NCBI GenBank assembly: GCA_036172245.1
Contig: JAYWIR010000195.1
Location: 1 to 33,303, forward strand
From: Raillietiella orientalis
Taxonomy: Eukaryota
Direction: 5' to 3'
Length of the DNA: 33,303 nucleotides
Positions within the stretch are counted from its first letter, which is position 1. Every line of letters starts with the position of its first letter. The notes beneath the pieces were generated by a model. That model did not search any database. It saw only the letters and a list, made by a program, of their open reading frames with translations, and was not told where the DNA came from. Made by a program: the position numbers and the translations under genes. Below are positions 11,059 through 23,286 of this stretch, one piece after another.

Positions 11059-11904
11059 ATCTCCGGGAAAAAGAAGATAGGAGAGTGGAAGACAGGTCAG
11101 CTGACTGACGCTGCCACCCCGAGTACGCCTCCCCATGGACTTCTTCGCTGGGGCGCGCTGCTCGACGTTCCCATTGAACGTTTGAAGTGGCCCCCGGTAC
11201 TGATGAACACCTCCACCCTCCCCTTAAAATGGAAGGAGTCGGCATTCCTGTTGCAGCACTGGGGACTCCCCTGCAACGCCCGCCGACACCACTGGACCTG
11301 GGGAGCGGTGGACCACTATTGCGTCAGATGTGGGGAACGGGAGTCCCTCCTCCACCTGCTAGTGGATTGTGTTGCCCTTCGGCCCCTTTGGTTCCGCTTT
11401 GCCGCGGCCATCGGAATCCCCTGCGGGAACCCCAGGGACACTCTAAAAGCCCTCTTCGTTGCCGACGCCCTTCGGCCTGCGGCCTCGTTAGCAGCTTTGT
11501 GCTGCTTTCGCGAGATCATGACCGCCTGGAGCAAGGCTACGGGAGGACAACGCGACCAGGGTGCCATCCAGCCAGCCTCCCAGTTCCTGAGGAGGGCGTC
11601 CCGATGGCCATACCTGGATCCAGGAATACAGAAGGAGCTTGCCGGCATCCTGCAAAGGATGCAACGGCCCCACCAGCAACTGTGATCCCTTCCCTTACCT
11701 TCCCAACTTTTCTTTTCTTTTTTGTTTTGTTTTTTGTTTTTTCCCCCTTCCCCCTGCTGCCGTGGTGGACCGTACCGTTCTGCGAACCGGTGACCCGGCA
11801 GGCTCTGTGTTTCTTCGTGGGTAGCTGGAGCAATGGTCCAGCCACTGCACGTCTTTGTGAATGTTTATTTCATAATAAACGCCCCGGCGAAATTTGGGTG
11901 AAAA
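11059..11904 (+). mobile_element. 5'-truncated LINE 3' fragment H (right arm of fold-back)
   Basis: CVRCGERESLLHLLVDC; stop at 11685; AATAAA at 11874-11879 + hairpin. Confidence 0.92.
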
Positions 11905-11909
11905 TCGAG

Positions 11910-12940
11910 GACTGTACGCTGGACAGCCGCTGCAGGAGATTATCAACACGCCCCGGAAGTTTCTGTGAGCTTCTTTCACCCCCCTTGCCCCCGTTCTGTG
12001 CTTCCTGAATAAAATTAGGAGCAGCAACGAGCGGGCATCTTGACAAGTGTCCTGCTTCGTCCGAGGCAGCAGAAAATCTTCAAAGGCGTGGACGACTCAA
12101 GAGCTAAGGGACGCTGCCACTCCGAGCGTCCCGCCTCAAGGGATTGCGCGCAGGAGAGAGCTGCTCGCTATACCTCCAGAGCAGGAGAAGTGGCCTCCAG
12201 CGTGTTAAGATAGCGGCACCCTTCCTTTAAAGTGGCAGGATATGGCGTTGCTATTTCTGCGCTGGGGACTGTTACGCAGAGCACGCCTGTCTCACTGTAC
12301 ACTGAAGAATGTAGATGCCCGCTGTGTCCTGTGCCGTGAAAAGGAAACCTACCCGCATCTCACCCTCGAGTGTGTTGCCCTGGTTGAACTGTGGAGTCGA
12401 ATCGCCCGAATTTTTCATTTTCCTGTAGGCGACCCAAAGGAAATTTTCCGTCGCCTCTTCCTGCGTGACGGCCTGCGCCTCGCAGCGTCTCTAGCAGTCC
12501 TCTGCTGCGTGCGCGGCATCGTGCAATGGTGGCACGTCAGAAGAAGAGGCCCAAGATGCAGGGACGCTATCCACTGGACGACGATGTCTTTGGAGACGGC
12601 GACAAGGTGGCGTCCACCTCCAACTATTACAACAGAACTTGTCTGCATCCTGAATAGGATGAGGACGACCGACCCAGGCGTCCAGTGATCCCTTCCCTGC
12701 TCTCTACCTCCCCATATAACTGTTTCCCTCCCGGTTATTTCTCTTTTTGTTTCTTTTTGTTTGAGTTTCTACTTCCCACGCGCCTCGGGAATGGACCTAA
12801 CCGGTCTCGGCACCGGCATTCGACACGTCTTCCAGCGTGGGAAAACCAAGAATTTTTCCCACAAAAACATATCAATAGACTTTATTAACTAAATTAATAT
12901 TAATTAGATTAATAAATGCCTGGCATATCCGGGTGACAAA
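11910..12940 (+). mobile_element. 5'-truncated LINE 3' fragment I
   Basis: DAATPSVPP, LPLKWQ and CVLCREKETYPHLTLEC; stop at 12688; AATAAA at 12911-12916 + hairpin. Confidence 0.9.
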
Positions 12941-14745
12941 CTCGGGAGCGAAGAAAAAACACGTCCGTCCACCGCTGGCAGGGGGTGGCAATTGCCCACC
13001 TGCTCCCCCTCCTCCATGGGGGTGACCAGCTTCTCGGTCGCGGAGAGTGGGAAAATCCCTCCCTCCGTTCTCACGCTGACGGTTTCCCCCTCGGCTGCCA
13101 GGGTGACCCCCTCCTTCGTCGGGATGCGCCTCTTCGGATTCTTGGACTTCCGTCCAGTCTTCTCCTGAGGCGCCTCCGCGGAGGAGGACGCACTTCCGGC
13201 ATCCGGGTCGTGGTCACTTGCGTCAGATGCCTTGGTCCCGGTCGGCGTTCGCAAGGCCTTACGCGAGCCGTTCTCACGGTAAGCGAGTTCGGCCGCGAGC
13301 TCTTCTGCCGCCTGTTGGAAGGCGGCCTCGTCGATTGCGGCGAGCGCGTCGCGCGGTTCCCTCTCTGTTTGCACAGAGTGTTCGCCTTTTGTGATCGCGT
13401 CTTCTTCGGCAACGAGTCGGGATATATCTCCCCCGATGACAGTCTCTGGGACTTCCACGCCCTCCGAAGTGACCGAACATGTGCAGAGCAACGCGCGGCG
13501 CTGTCTCTATTTAGAGGAGTTGTCGCGGGTTCCGCTGTCGGGTCTTCGGTTTTTCTGGCTCTTTTACTTTTTGGCATCACCGTCCTCCAGCCCTCGTTCT
13601 CAGCAGCGTCGTCGGGAGTTTTCTCGACCTGCGATTGCTAAGAGGGTTGGGACTCTGGCTTTTGGCTTGACCTTTCTTTGGCCTCTTAAAGGCTTACTTG
13701 GTTTCTCCAAGGGTTTCCCTGTAGCTTTCTTCAAAGCAGAGGGAGCTGGAGGTTCCCGCTTTGGGCGCACTTTTCGGAGCTGGCCCTTTTACCCGGAGTG
13801 GAAGCACTGGATGTGAGGGTACCGTTTTTTCAGGTGCCCTGTGGCATCGTATTGTCCAGAGTACTTGGACTTGCCCACGTACCACCGTTTTTGTAAACGG
13901 TCACACGCGCTACAGCCATGCCACTAAACAATCTTCCGTAACTTTGGGAGACGTTCGGCTTGGTCCAGACAGCGTGTACCCCACCATGTTTAATAGATTG
14001 CTCTCTCACGGCGGTTTTTGATATTCGAAGGGTGACTCTCGTGAGATGCGCTACTACAGAGCGATCCTCGGTCACCAGGAAGACCTTTCTGCCTTCCAGC
14101 ATGAGGAGGGTATTCAGCAGGCGTTGAGCCAGGCTTGCATCTCTGCAAGTAATCTCCACCCGCTGGCCCCCACTGAGCACTGAAAAACCTTATAGGCCCT
14201 CCTCTTTAGTTTTAAGCCGCAGCATTTCCCTCTTGAAATTGCGCGCGGTATTTACAACGAACAGATTTACTACCTTGTAAATCAAGGACGGCTTGTATCC
14301 TTGTTCCAGTTAGGCGCGCTGTTCTGCTACGGCAGGAGATGGCAGCTGAAGATGCAGGAGATGGCGCTGCAGGAGATGGCGCTGCAGCCATGGCGCTTTA
14401 CGTCTTCGTGGATGGAGAAGACGGATCCACGGACGCGGTTGCCCCCTTTTTCAAGGGGGCGGATGCGCCCTTTTCCAGGAGGGCGTTTGCCCCTTTTTTC
14501 AAGGAAGCAGTTGCCTCCTTCTTGAAAGGGGTGGTTGTTTTCGTTTCCGCAGAAGAAATTGCCTTCCTTTTCAAGAGGGCGGTTGCCCTTTCCTCCTTAG
14601 AAACGGTCGCCCCCACCTGCGTGGGTTGGAAAGAGGAACAAGCCTCTCACCCTCTAATCTCCATCGCGGTATTCTCAGGCAATTTTGCCATGGGACACTG
14701 GCGATGCATCACTCACAAACACACCAAAAAAAAGCCTCGCAAACT
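12941..14745 (-). mobile_element. LINE 5' part J: 5' UTR and nearly complete decayed ORF1
   Basis: ATG at 14691 (MAKLPENTAMEI); LKKGATA-type repeats; RRM-like segment; degenerate knuckles at ~13780-13860; IDEAAFQQAAEELAA shared with copy B (IDDAAFERAAEELAA). Confidence 0.85.
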
Positions 14746-14749
14746 TGTG

Positions 14750-16640
14750 CGGCAGGAGCGCAGAGAAAGTTCATTCGCCCGGCTCCCGTACGCGAGAGTG
14801 CCTCCCGAGCGGGATGTCTAACGACTCCTGCTTCACGAAGTCGCTTAAGCTATCAGGGAGGACGAGAGAAAATCCCTCGACAAGTTTTTCACGATGGGCG
14901 AGATCATCTCGGCCTTCGGAAAGCTCAAGAGGCGCAAGGCTTCAGGGGAGGACGGCCTGCCAGCGAAGTTTTCTCAAACTTTCGCGGCTGAGCTTTCCCC
15001 CTGGTACAACAACTCATCTTGCTGATACGCAGGTGACGTACCAGGCTCGTTTCGCTCGGCAAAGGTGCGGCTCCTCCCTAAGAAAGGAGTTCTAAGGAGC
15101 ATGAATAGCTGGCGCCTTATCACAATAGTGAATGCGGACGCCAAGTTGCTAGCCAAGGTTCAAGCAGAGCGTTCCGGACGGGCTGCAAACGCCGTCATCA
15201 GCCCTGAACAGACGTATTCTGTTCCCGGGCGAAGAATGGAGACGAACCTGTTCCACGCTTCCACCTGGCTTGTGCTCCAACATGTAAGGAGCCTGATGCG
15301 CAGTGGAAATTCCAGTGAGTCCGTCAGCCGTGGGACGAATGGTCAGGTGGGGGAGGGAGCCCTTACGGTCGCTGTCGACTTCCGTGAAGCATTCGACAGC
15401 ATCGACCAAAATCTCCTGCTGGAGCATCTGGAACGCTTGGACTTCCCGCCTCATTATTGGCCTATCTGCGCTCCAGACGGTGCGACACGCTAATCGGTCT
15501 TACTTTTAGCGGGTAGACCGTGCATGGCGTGCCGGTGCGGCGTCGGATACGGTAAGGAGACAGCCTGAGCCCCTTGCTTTTCAGTACCTACTTTGAGTGG
15601 GCACTGAGAGCGTACAGGGAAATTCTGGCGCACCTGCCTCACGACTGCGCAGGTACGCCTGCGGTTTCGGCATACGCGGACGACCTTCTGCTGCTGTTTC
15701 CTATGTCCACCCCTGCTTCGGCGGTGGGGGAGTTCTTCGACCTGCGGAATCGAGGAACCGGTCTTACGGTGAACAGGACGAAGTCGTCCGTGATGCCAGT
15801 TGGCGCGGCGTGGGCAGGGCAGCAGGACTGGGTGCGTTTGGGGATCGCCACGGTGAGGTACTTCTAGTACCTAGGAGTGCCGTTGAGGGACTACTCCCCT
15901 GCGTAAGCGTGTTCCGGTAGACTCCAAAAAGTAGTGACGGCGATCGGCCCGTTCCGTGGCGGCAGGTTTTTCTTGCCTAAACGGGCCGCGGTTTGGAATA
16001 CGTTCGCGGTTCCTCTTTTCCTCCTTCTGATTTTTGCTTGCTCCCGCACAGAGAAGATTAGAAAGGGGACGAAGGACCTCCTCCCTATCGCCCTTCGGGG
16101 CAACGGGAAAGCCCGAGTCCGTTTTAAGGACTGGTGCGCTCCGCGTCGTGACGGTGGTCTCGGAATCCTGACATTGGAGCGTCTGCAGCTTCAGCTCCAG
16201 TTCCGTTTAGTGACTATTGTGCCGGAGTTTTGTTGAAACTGCTGGTGCGTCCCTGCACGTCTTCTCCTCCAGCAAGCCACTGGCAAGACGGGACTCACTA
16301 CCTTACTTTCACTCCATCACTTCCGCATCAACCGATGTGGGCTCCACCTTCGGAGGGTGACTGCCTTGGTTCGAAAAAATCGAAGATGGATCACCTATTG
16401 CCCCGCGAACGGTATTGCCTGGTTGCAGGAAACCGTTCGCACGTTGGCCCAGTGCAGCATGCAACGCGCCCAACAGGAATGACGGTTCTTGTTTGGGTGC
16501 TACATAAGTTGCACGCTCCGACAGATCCTGGTGGCAGACGGAAAGGATCGCAATCTTTGTTGGGGGAGCTTTCGCGGGTTTCTTTCGCCGACTCACCTTC
16601 ACACGAAGCTTCGAGCTCCTTGATGGTTTCTTTTTAATCA
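14750..16640 (+). mobile_element. LINE internal fragment K: tower end, RT and thumb (decayed)
   Basis: KASGEDG, WRLITIVNADAK, DFREAFD, YADD and CAPRRDGGL motifs; many stops. Confidence 0.9.
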
Positions 16641-17160
16641 TCTTTCTTACCTGCATCCAGCCGTCTCCCTTCGCGTCGCAGTTATCTTTGCCATCCTTAC
16701 ATGGCACTGCGTCCGCGGATGTAAGAGGCGTTGCCTTGGCTGCCTCTTGGAGTGCTGCCTCTGGGCAGGCGTAAGCGACTCCCTTGGCGATCGCCAGAGG
16801 CTCTGCTTCTTCCTGATCGGAGGATTCGCGCGTCGCTTTTGCGACCGTTAGGGGCGCTGCTGTATCGGTTGTACTCGCCGTGGCAGTTTCTTCCGTGGCC
16901 CGAGCAGGTGCTGCGTTTGGGCGTTAGGGTTGCAGGTTTACCTGCTGTTTCGTCGCGGCACTAGGCGCCTGGTGCACCTTTGCCGTGCTCCACTTTCATG
17001 GGTGGAGGAGAGCAAGTCGGCTCTCTTTCTGCAATTTCCATCGCGGTGTCCTCAGGCAAATCTGCCATAGGACACCGGCGCTCCCACACACCAAACAAAA
17101 CCACCCAAAACCTACGCACTTACCAGACCACTGTGCGATGCCACACCACTTACGCTCCCT
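16640..17160 (-). mobile_element. LINE 5' end L: 5' UTR + ORF1 N-terminus
   Basis: ATG at 17068 (MADLPEDTAMEIAEREP), homologous to copy J's start; GT-rich 5' UTR. Confidence 0.75.
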
Positions 17161-17164
17161 AGAA

Positions 17165-17773
17165 GGACACAGGTGAGAATCCAACTGTGCTCGGTGTGGG
17201 GAGCGGAAAACCCTTCCTTATCTATTAGTTGACTGTGCTGCCCTCCGGCCCCTCTGGAAACGCTTCGGTTCCAACTTAGGGATCCAGGAAGGTAGCCTTA
17301 CCAGAGACGTTTTTCGTCTCCTCTTCGTGCGGGACGTCTTGCAGTCAGCCGCCGCTGTCCTAGCAGCTCTGCTGCGTACGCGGTATTGTGGCATCTTGGA
17401 GTGGATCCGACGAAGTAGAGGATGTTAACGGAAGGGATGACCTGAAGTATGCAGTTCGCTCTCTGCGAATGGCATCCCGATAGCCTAACCTAAGAAATCT
17501 GTACCAGGACCTCGTCGGCATCCTGCAAAGGATGGAAGCTCCACGCTACGGACAGTGATCCCTTCCCGGCCCTGCAAATGCCAAGTGTTTTTTCTTTTTC
17601 TTTATTTTTTTATTTTTGTTTTTCCCCCAACCCTATTCCTTGACGTGGAGTGTCAAGTCGGTCTGCGCCCCGACCACCCGCCAGCTTCATAGAACTATTA
17701 GCCGCAGCGGGGCCTGGTACCGCAAACACTGTAAGTTTTTTTAAATAAACGCCCCGGCTTGACCGGGTGAAAA
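17165..17773 (+). mobile_element. Short LINE 3' fragment M
   Basis: CARCGERKTLPYLLVDC; CAGTGATCCC stop context; AATAAA at 17744-17749 + hairpin. Confidence 0.9.
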
Positions 17774-18800
17774 CGTCAATGCTCGAAGATTTCTTCGAGA
17801 ACGTGAATTGCGTCCTTATGGGACTATCCTGAATTTGAACAGTACGAAGTCGTGCTTGCTTTCTGTCGACTAGGCGTGAACTGGACGGCCGTACTGGATC
17901 CGCTTGTGGATTCCCACGGGCAGGTGCTTCAAGTCCCTTGGCGTTTCGCTGGTGGAGTTCTGCGCAGCAGGAGCCTAGCACGACCGTCTCCAAAAGTCAT
18001 CGTTGGCGATGGGATGCGTTCCAGGAAGTCAAGTTTTACTTGCAGAAACGGGTCGCGATGCAAATCGCGTTTCCGGCTTCCCTCTTTCGTCTCTTGCCTT
18101 TTGTTTGCTTCGCTCCTGCTTTCATTCGTAAAGGAGCAGCGCGCCTCCTAAGGGCATCTCTGTGGGGCAAAGGGAGTTCCCGTGTGAGACTGAAAGACTT
18201 GTGCGCTCCACGAAGGGATGCAAGACTTGACCTCTTCACTTTGGAGCTCATAGAGCTTCAGCTCCGACTACGGACACTCGCCCTTGCGGCGGAATTCTGG
18301 GACACGCCTTAGTGCGCCCAAGCAAGGTTGTTGGCGCAACAAGCCTCAGGATTTGGCGGATTTCGTCGTTTCTGCCGAATCGCTACGGCAGGCTCACATG
18401 ATGAGGAATGCAGCTGCGTCGTATGACAGTTGGGGTTTGAGAGAACGCCTGGATCCCCTGCCTCCCCTGACACTACTCCGCATGGCTGTAGGGGTCAGTC
18501 ACCACGTGGTAACAGATCCACATCCCAAGCGATACAAGAACAGTTGCCTGAGAAGACACGCTTGCTAGATGCTGCAGGAGATTCATACCCTGCAAACTAC
18601 GCCTCACTCTCTGAATTCGTGAAAATGTGGATGACCGTTTTGCACGGTGCAGAGAGAAGGGGACCTTTCCTCACCTTCTTCTGGAATGCATCGCCTTCCG
18701 CCCCCTCTGGGATCGTCTTTCTACGATCCTGAACATTGGCGGAGGCACACCCAGGAACATGTTTCGGAGATGCTCTACGTGTGCCTCCGTGCCTCCTTGC
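17774..18800 (+). mobile_element. Decayed LINE RT/thumb fragment N with an internal deletion
   Basis: Homologous to copy C (LEDFF, KDLCAPRRD, FWDTP, CARCREKGTFPHLLLEC). Confidence 0.85.
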
Positions 18801-19598
18801 AAATCCTGATACATGAAATCTGATTCATGGAATTTCGCGGCTTTCCATCACACAGCGAATCTTTCAGAATTTCGGAGAAATTGATTGCCCCAATAGATCG
18901 AGTAAACTTATTCAACGGTCAATTGAGTTCAAAAACGGATCACTCTCATACACAAGAGTCACAACGAAATACATTTTCAATTCCACTATAATACTTTCTA
19001 GTGTGTGATAAGCTCTTTTTTGAGGGAGCCGTTTGATGATTGATCATTGCGTGCGCCACGCTTATGCTTTAGAAACATCGACTTCTGTAAGAAACTTCTT
19101 TAGACGAAACCCTTATCTCTTCGTAGGTGGCACCTAACGTTTCCAGTGACTTACTAAGTTTCGATCACTTTACAGTAGGCATCCTTTGAGTAAAGACTAT
19201 CGTAGTCGCGTTTGGAAAGCAGCGATATCTTCATAAAAAGAAAGGGTTGGATTTCATACTATTCCGTGAACACTTGAATTTTCATATCGTCTTCGTGTTG
19301 CGAATTCAGAAATTGGTAATTGCACTAGAAAAATTGAATTTTTTTTTTGTAAACGAATATTTCAAAGGTTCTGATTTTTACTGTATCTTATTAGCAAAAG
19401 CATGAGTCATCCTTAAATTGTCATCTTCCACAGCGATTAATGACTGCTTCATTCATCAGCACAGCACAAGCAGGAAGTGAATAAGAATCCCAGCAGTATA
19501 TTTATTTTCACTTTATTCCGTCACTACTAGCGAATACGCAGGGAAGGCTACTTTCGCTGCAGATGGTGAGAGTTTTCTTGGATCTCACTAGTTTTCAG

Positions 19599-20160
19599 AA
19601 ATTCCAAAAGGCATACGGAATATTTTCCAAACGTGCAATTTACATTAAATGGCGTTTCAAGCACGGCGACCAATGTATTTTCTCCCTCACTGAAAGATTG
19701 TATTTAAGAAAAAGGTTTCCTTGCGATTGCGAAGCGGTTGTGCACTTTTAATTTTGATCACATTTCTAAGGACTCTTTGGATAATTCATGTAGGAAGGTT
19801 GTTCAAACTTTCCCAAAGGTGTACGCATTTTGGACGCGAAGCACAAGGATGTTGTCCAGAAAACTGACAATTTCGGGAGACTAAGAAAGGTAACGCTAGG
19901 AAATTAAAAATTCTGAAAAAGTTCGATTGGTTTCCGAGTTTTGATGTTAGATGATGCAACTGCGACCTAACGTGGAAACCGAGCGTATTGCTTTCATGCC
20001 TTATCAATTTGTGGCAGATGCTTCTATCCCGGCTGGCGATTATGTCGTCATGAAAAACGCAGCAGGGGAAAAAGCGCAAGTTCAAAGAATAAGGGCATGT
20101 CCAAATCATAAGGAAACCCGGATGCGTTATTCATGCGGAAGCGACGCTGGTGCTTGGTAG
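19599..20160 (+). pseudogene. Possible divergent p53-family DNA-binding-domain fragment (spliced, one frameshift)
   Basis: HTEYFPNVQF...STATNVFSPSLK/RLYLRK, FPKGVRI, RIAFMPY and RIRACPNHKE occur in p53/p63 motif order; phase-0 GT-AG introns at 19737-19793 and 19890-19950; C-terminal half of the domain not seen. Confidence 0.35.
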
Positions 20161-20227
20161 CTTAATTAGGAAGGTGTCTTACTCGATATTCGGTGAAACT
20201 GAGCACTGACATGGTCCTTTTAAGAAG

Positions 20228-22616
20228 TTAGCAAAGACTGATACATTCACCGGTAGGTCGAAAAAAGTCTAAGAAAAACGATGTAATCTTACTGCATGTG
20301 CGCTTTTTTCTTACCGTCACCACCACTGAACAACTTTCCTCCTGAGGTGTAAAAAGCTCATTCGCAGTCCATGCTACCGAGCACGGTTCCCATGGTTCCT
20401 CAGGAGGTGGCGTCACAAGAATAAAAGAGCAATTTCCTTCGGAATTCTCAAACTTGATGTCGCCAAAAGTCTGTCGGAACTGCAAAGCATTGCGCCTGGC
20501 GCTGTTCATTTCGAGGCTAAGAAGTGTCACGAACATCAGCAGCCACTGAAACATGAAATTTGTCAGAACGAAAACCTTCTGCCATGTTGTGCATGGCGGG
20601 CTAAAAAAGTCAATCTCCCTTCTCGCCTCGATCTCAAATGCACATGGAAACTCTCGAAAAAAAGGAGTTGAGCTCCGACATAGCAGAAAGCCCATTGCAC
20701 AACGTGTTTGCTTCGATACTTTCCGTATTTCAAATGACTCGTGTTGTATCTTCACCGTTTATAGCGTTCTGGTCCTCAGTATGCAAGGATGAGTTTGATT
20801 TTTTAAGCTTCGAAGATTTTGTTTTCCGATCGAAGTAGCCTTGACAGTGAGAGATTTCATTCAAATACTATCTTTGCTCGCATCCCATGCTCCTGAATAT
20901 CTATCACAGTACGAGTGTGCTTCCGACGATGGTGAGATAAGGTAAAACCTCGGACGCGGTCAGCGTGTGCCTTACAGTTGCACAAAATGATGAGAGGTAC
21001 GAAACCGCAAAATAGGGCGGCATTTTTCAAAACATCTTTGCCTTTTAATTCTGAAACGCGAAACTTCCATTTCCTCGTTAACATAGGCAGGTCGATTTTT
21101 CGTAAATTGCGAAAGGGAGCGTTTCGCATGAGCGTAGACCCTGGCATGCATTTTTCAAGTTGCGGTATGCTGGTTTGCATTCAGTGTTTCGCGAACGTTC
21201 AACATGCAAACTCCCTACCTGCCCTACAGTTTGTCTGAATATTCATCAAGCATTTCCTTTATGATAACTTCATTAAGATTTGAGAATTTCAAAGAAGTTA
21301 GACCCGTACGCACATTTGTAAGCACCATTATGACGGAATTATTCTAGACTTCTTCTTGTTGTTACTGGAGCATTCAAAGCAAGAAGAATGCACTCAGTTA
21401 TTAGAAGAATTGAAGTTCGTTTGTTAAAATGTGGTGCGGAGTCGGTCAATTTATAGTTGGTCGAGGGAGCACAACAGGCGAACCCCTTGCGTAATTGCCA
21501 CAATATGGTACTTGTCAAAACACAGACACATCATCTCCATGCATGCCAGAAGATTTTTCAGAATTTTTTCTTTCATGATCAAAAAAAAAACTCAAGATAC
21601 CTCTTTATGAGGTGCAGACTTCTCTCTTGGTTGTGAGCTCTGATGCATTTGTGGTCCGCTGCATCATTCCTCCCTCATGTTCTCGGAGAGCAGCAGCCAA
21701 TTCGAAGCTGATGCGAAAGGTGGAATAACAAATGAGTGAACTCTTTTCTGGAACAGAAAGAAAGGTTTGACTGCAGGAACAGATGCTGCGAGCATCCTTA
21801 TGTGCGCTTCGTCCACTTTTCTCCCTTTTAAATTCCTAGACTCACTTTATCCACTGAAACAAAGTTGAGAACAGAGAGAAGCATACAGGGAAAGCCGTTG
21901 ATCACTACTGGTACTATTAAGATATGAAAAGTGGGATTGCGGAGATAGTGTGTACTCTTGCAAAGTGAGTTTGATGCTGGGAAGAGAAAACTGGGTTTAG
22001 AGGTGAAAACAAGCCTAGGCGTGATAAGTTGGAGTTTAAAGATTTGTTATGTCGCTTTGCTATTCCCTCAAGAAGTTGCGCTAGGGATCATAATTGTGAT
22101 GCTTCCATACCAAGGAAGTAGGAAATAGGCAAAACCATGGTGTCATTCCCCCAATTGAGCAGACAGAAAAGTATAAACGTGAAACTGCGTTCGGAAAGTA
22201 TACTTGGTTGCTTGGAGAATAAGTGCAGGGGAACAACGATCTTATGATTGCGTTTATACAAGCAACTGCTTTGGTAATGCTTTCTTCCGAGCTGCTTTAG
22301 CTGCTTTTGAGTAAAAGTCGGGAAAGACAAAAATGATAATAAGAACGAAAATAAGATGAAAATCGTCTATGCCACATAGAGGGAAGAAGAACCACAAATA
22401 AATCTCTCAGAAGGATATTCTGAACTTGGTGATGTTCAACATTCTTGATAATGTAGCCAGTGATCCATCTGGATTCGGCGGGGTTTTCGACAGTAAGTGA
22501 AATGGTTTTCTCGTGATTAACTTCAGCAAGGGTCTTCACCTTGTTCGCTCACTCGTTCGTTTATGCAAAATCTCATTCAGCGCAGTGGAAGGCAACCTAG
22601 GAAAGGTCGCAGCCAT
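20228..22616 (-). pseudogene. Host gene or pseudogene of unknown family, paralog 1 (weak F-box/LRR-like hints)
   Basis: ORFs 20228..20755 and 20857..21180 resemble the sequence at 22990-25157; FPRLPSTALNEIL from ATG 22616; LRR-like LTSLKFSNL and NLRKIDL. Exon structure unresolved. Confidence 0.35.
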
Positions 22617-23286
22617 GAAATCTTCATACTAACGTACAAATTTACTCCACAAATTTACAAAAGAAGGAGAATCTTAGTATGAATAAACATGCTATTTTAA
22701 ATCTTCAGAGCGCGTTTGCCCGGTAAAACAGGTAAGCAGCATCGCCTCGCATGAAAGGAAGTTCCAGAAATGAAAAACACGTGATGTTTTGGATTCCCAC
22801 GAGAACTTTCTGCGTGCCTTATCAAGAGTATTGAGGGATTTAAGCACAGATTGAAATTTGTTTTGTTTCATTTATAAGCATAGGGGAGGAACAACTGATC
22901 TTTTTAAGCGATAGCACCTGCACATTTCTTGTTCTGCTTCCAAATTGCTAAACAGGTGGAAAGAGGCTAATACAAGAAGAAGCTCTCATTTCTGCTGCCA
23001 TAGATTCCATGCAGCCTCTCTTGCAGGGAGGATGACACATGGGGCAAACGACATTTGCGGAATGCTGAGTCTGAATTCTCTAGTCGCGATTCTTAAGTAT
23101 GCAGCAATACTGGATCTCAAGCAAGGCGAAAGACGGATGTCTTCTCTTATTGCAGCATTTGTCATTTGCCCATTGTCCTTCGGATCCATTGCTCTACCTT
23201 TGGAGTGCCTTTAATCGAGGAGAGCATTCACCCTGTATTGCAACCGGGACTAATGAATATGCAATCCATCGTATGCATCAATCATA

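Larger units (their letters stand above)
10165..11904. repeat. Long imperfect inverted repeat (~850-bp arms, 44-bp spacer at 11015-11058)
   Basis: 10165-11014 is the reverse complement of 11059-11904, roughly 80-90% identical by eye. Confidence 0.92.
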
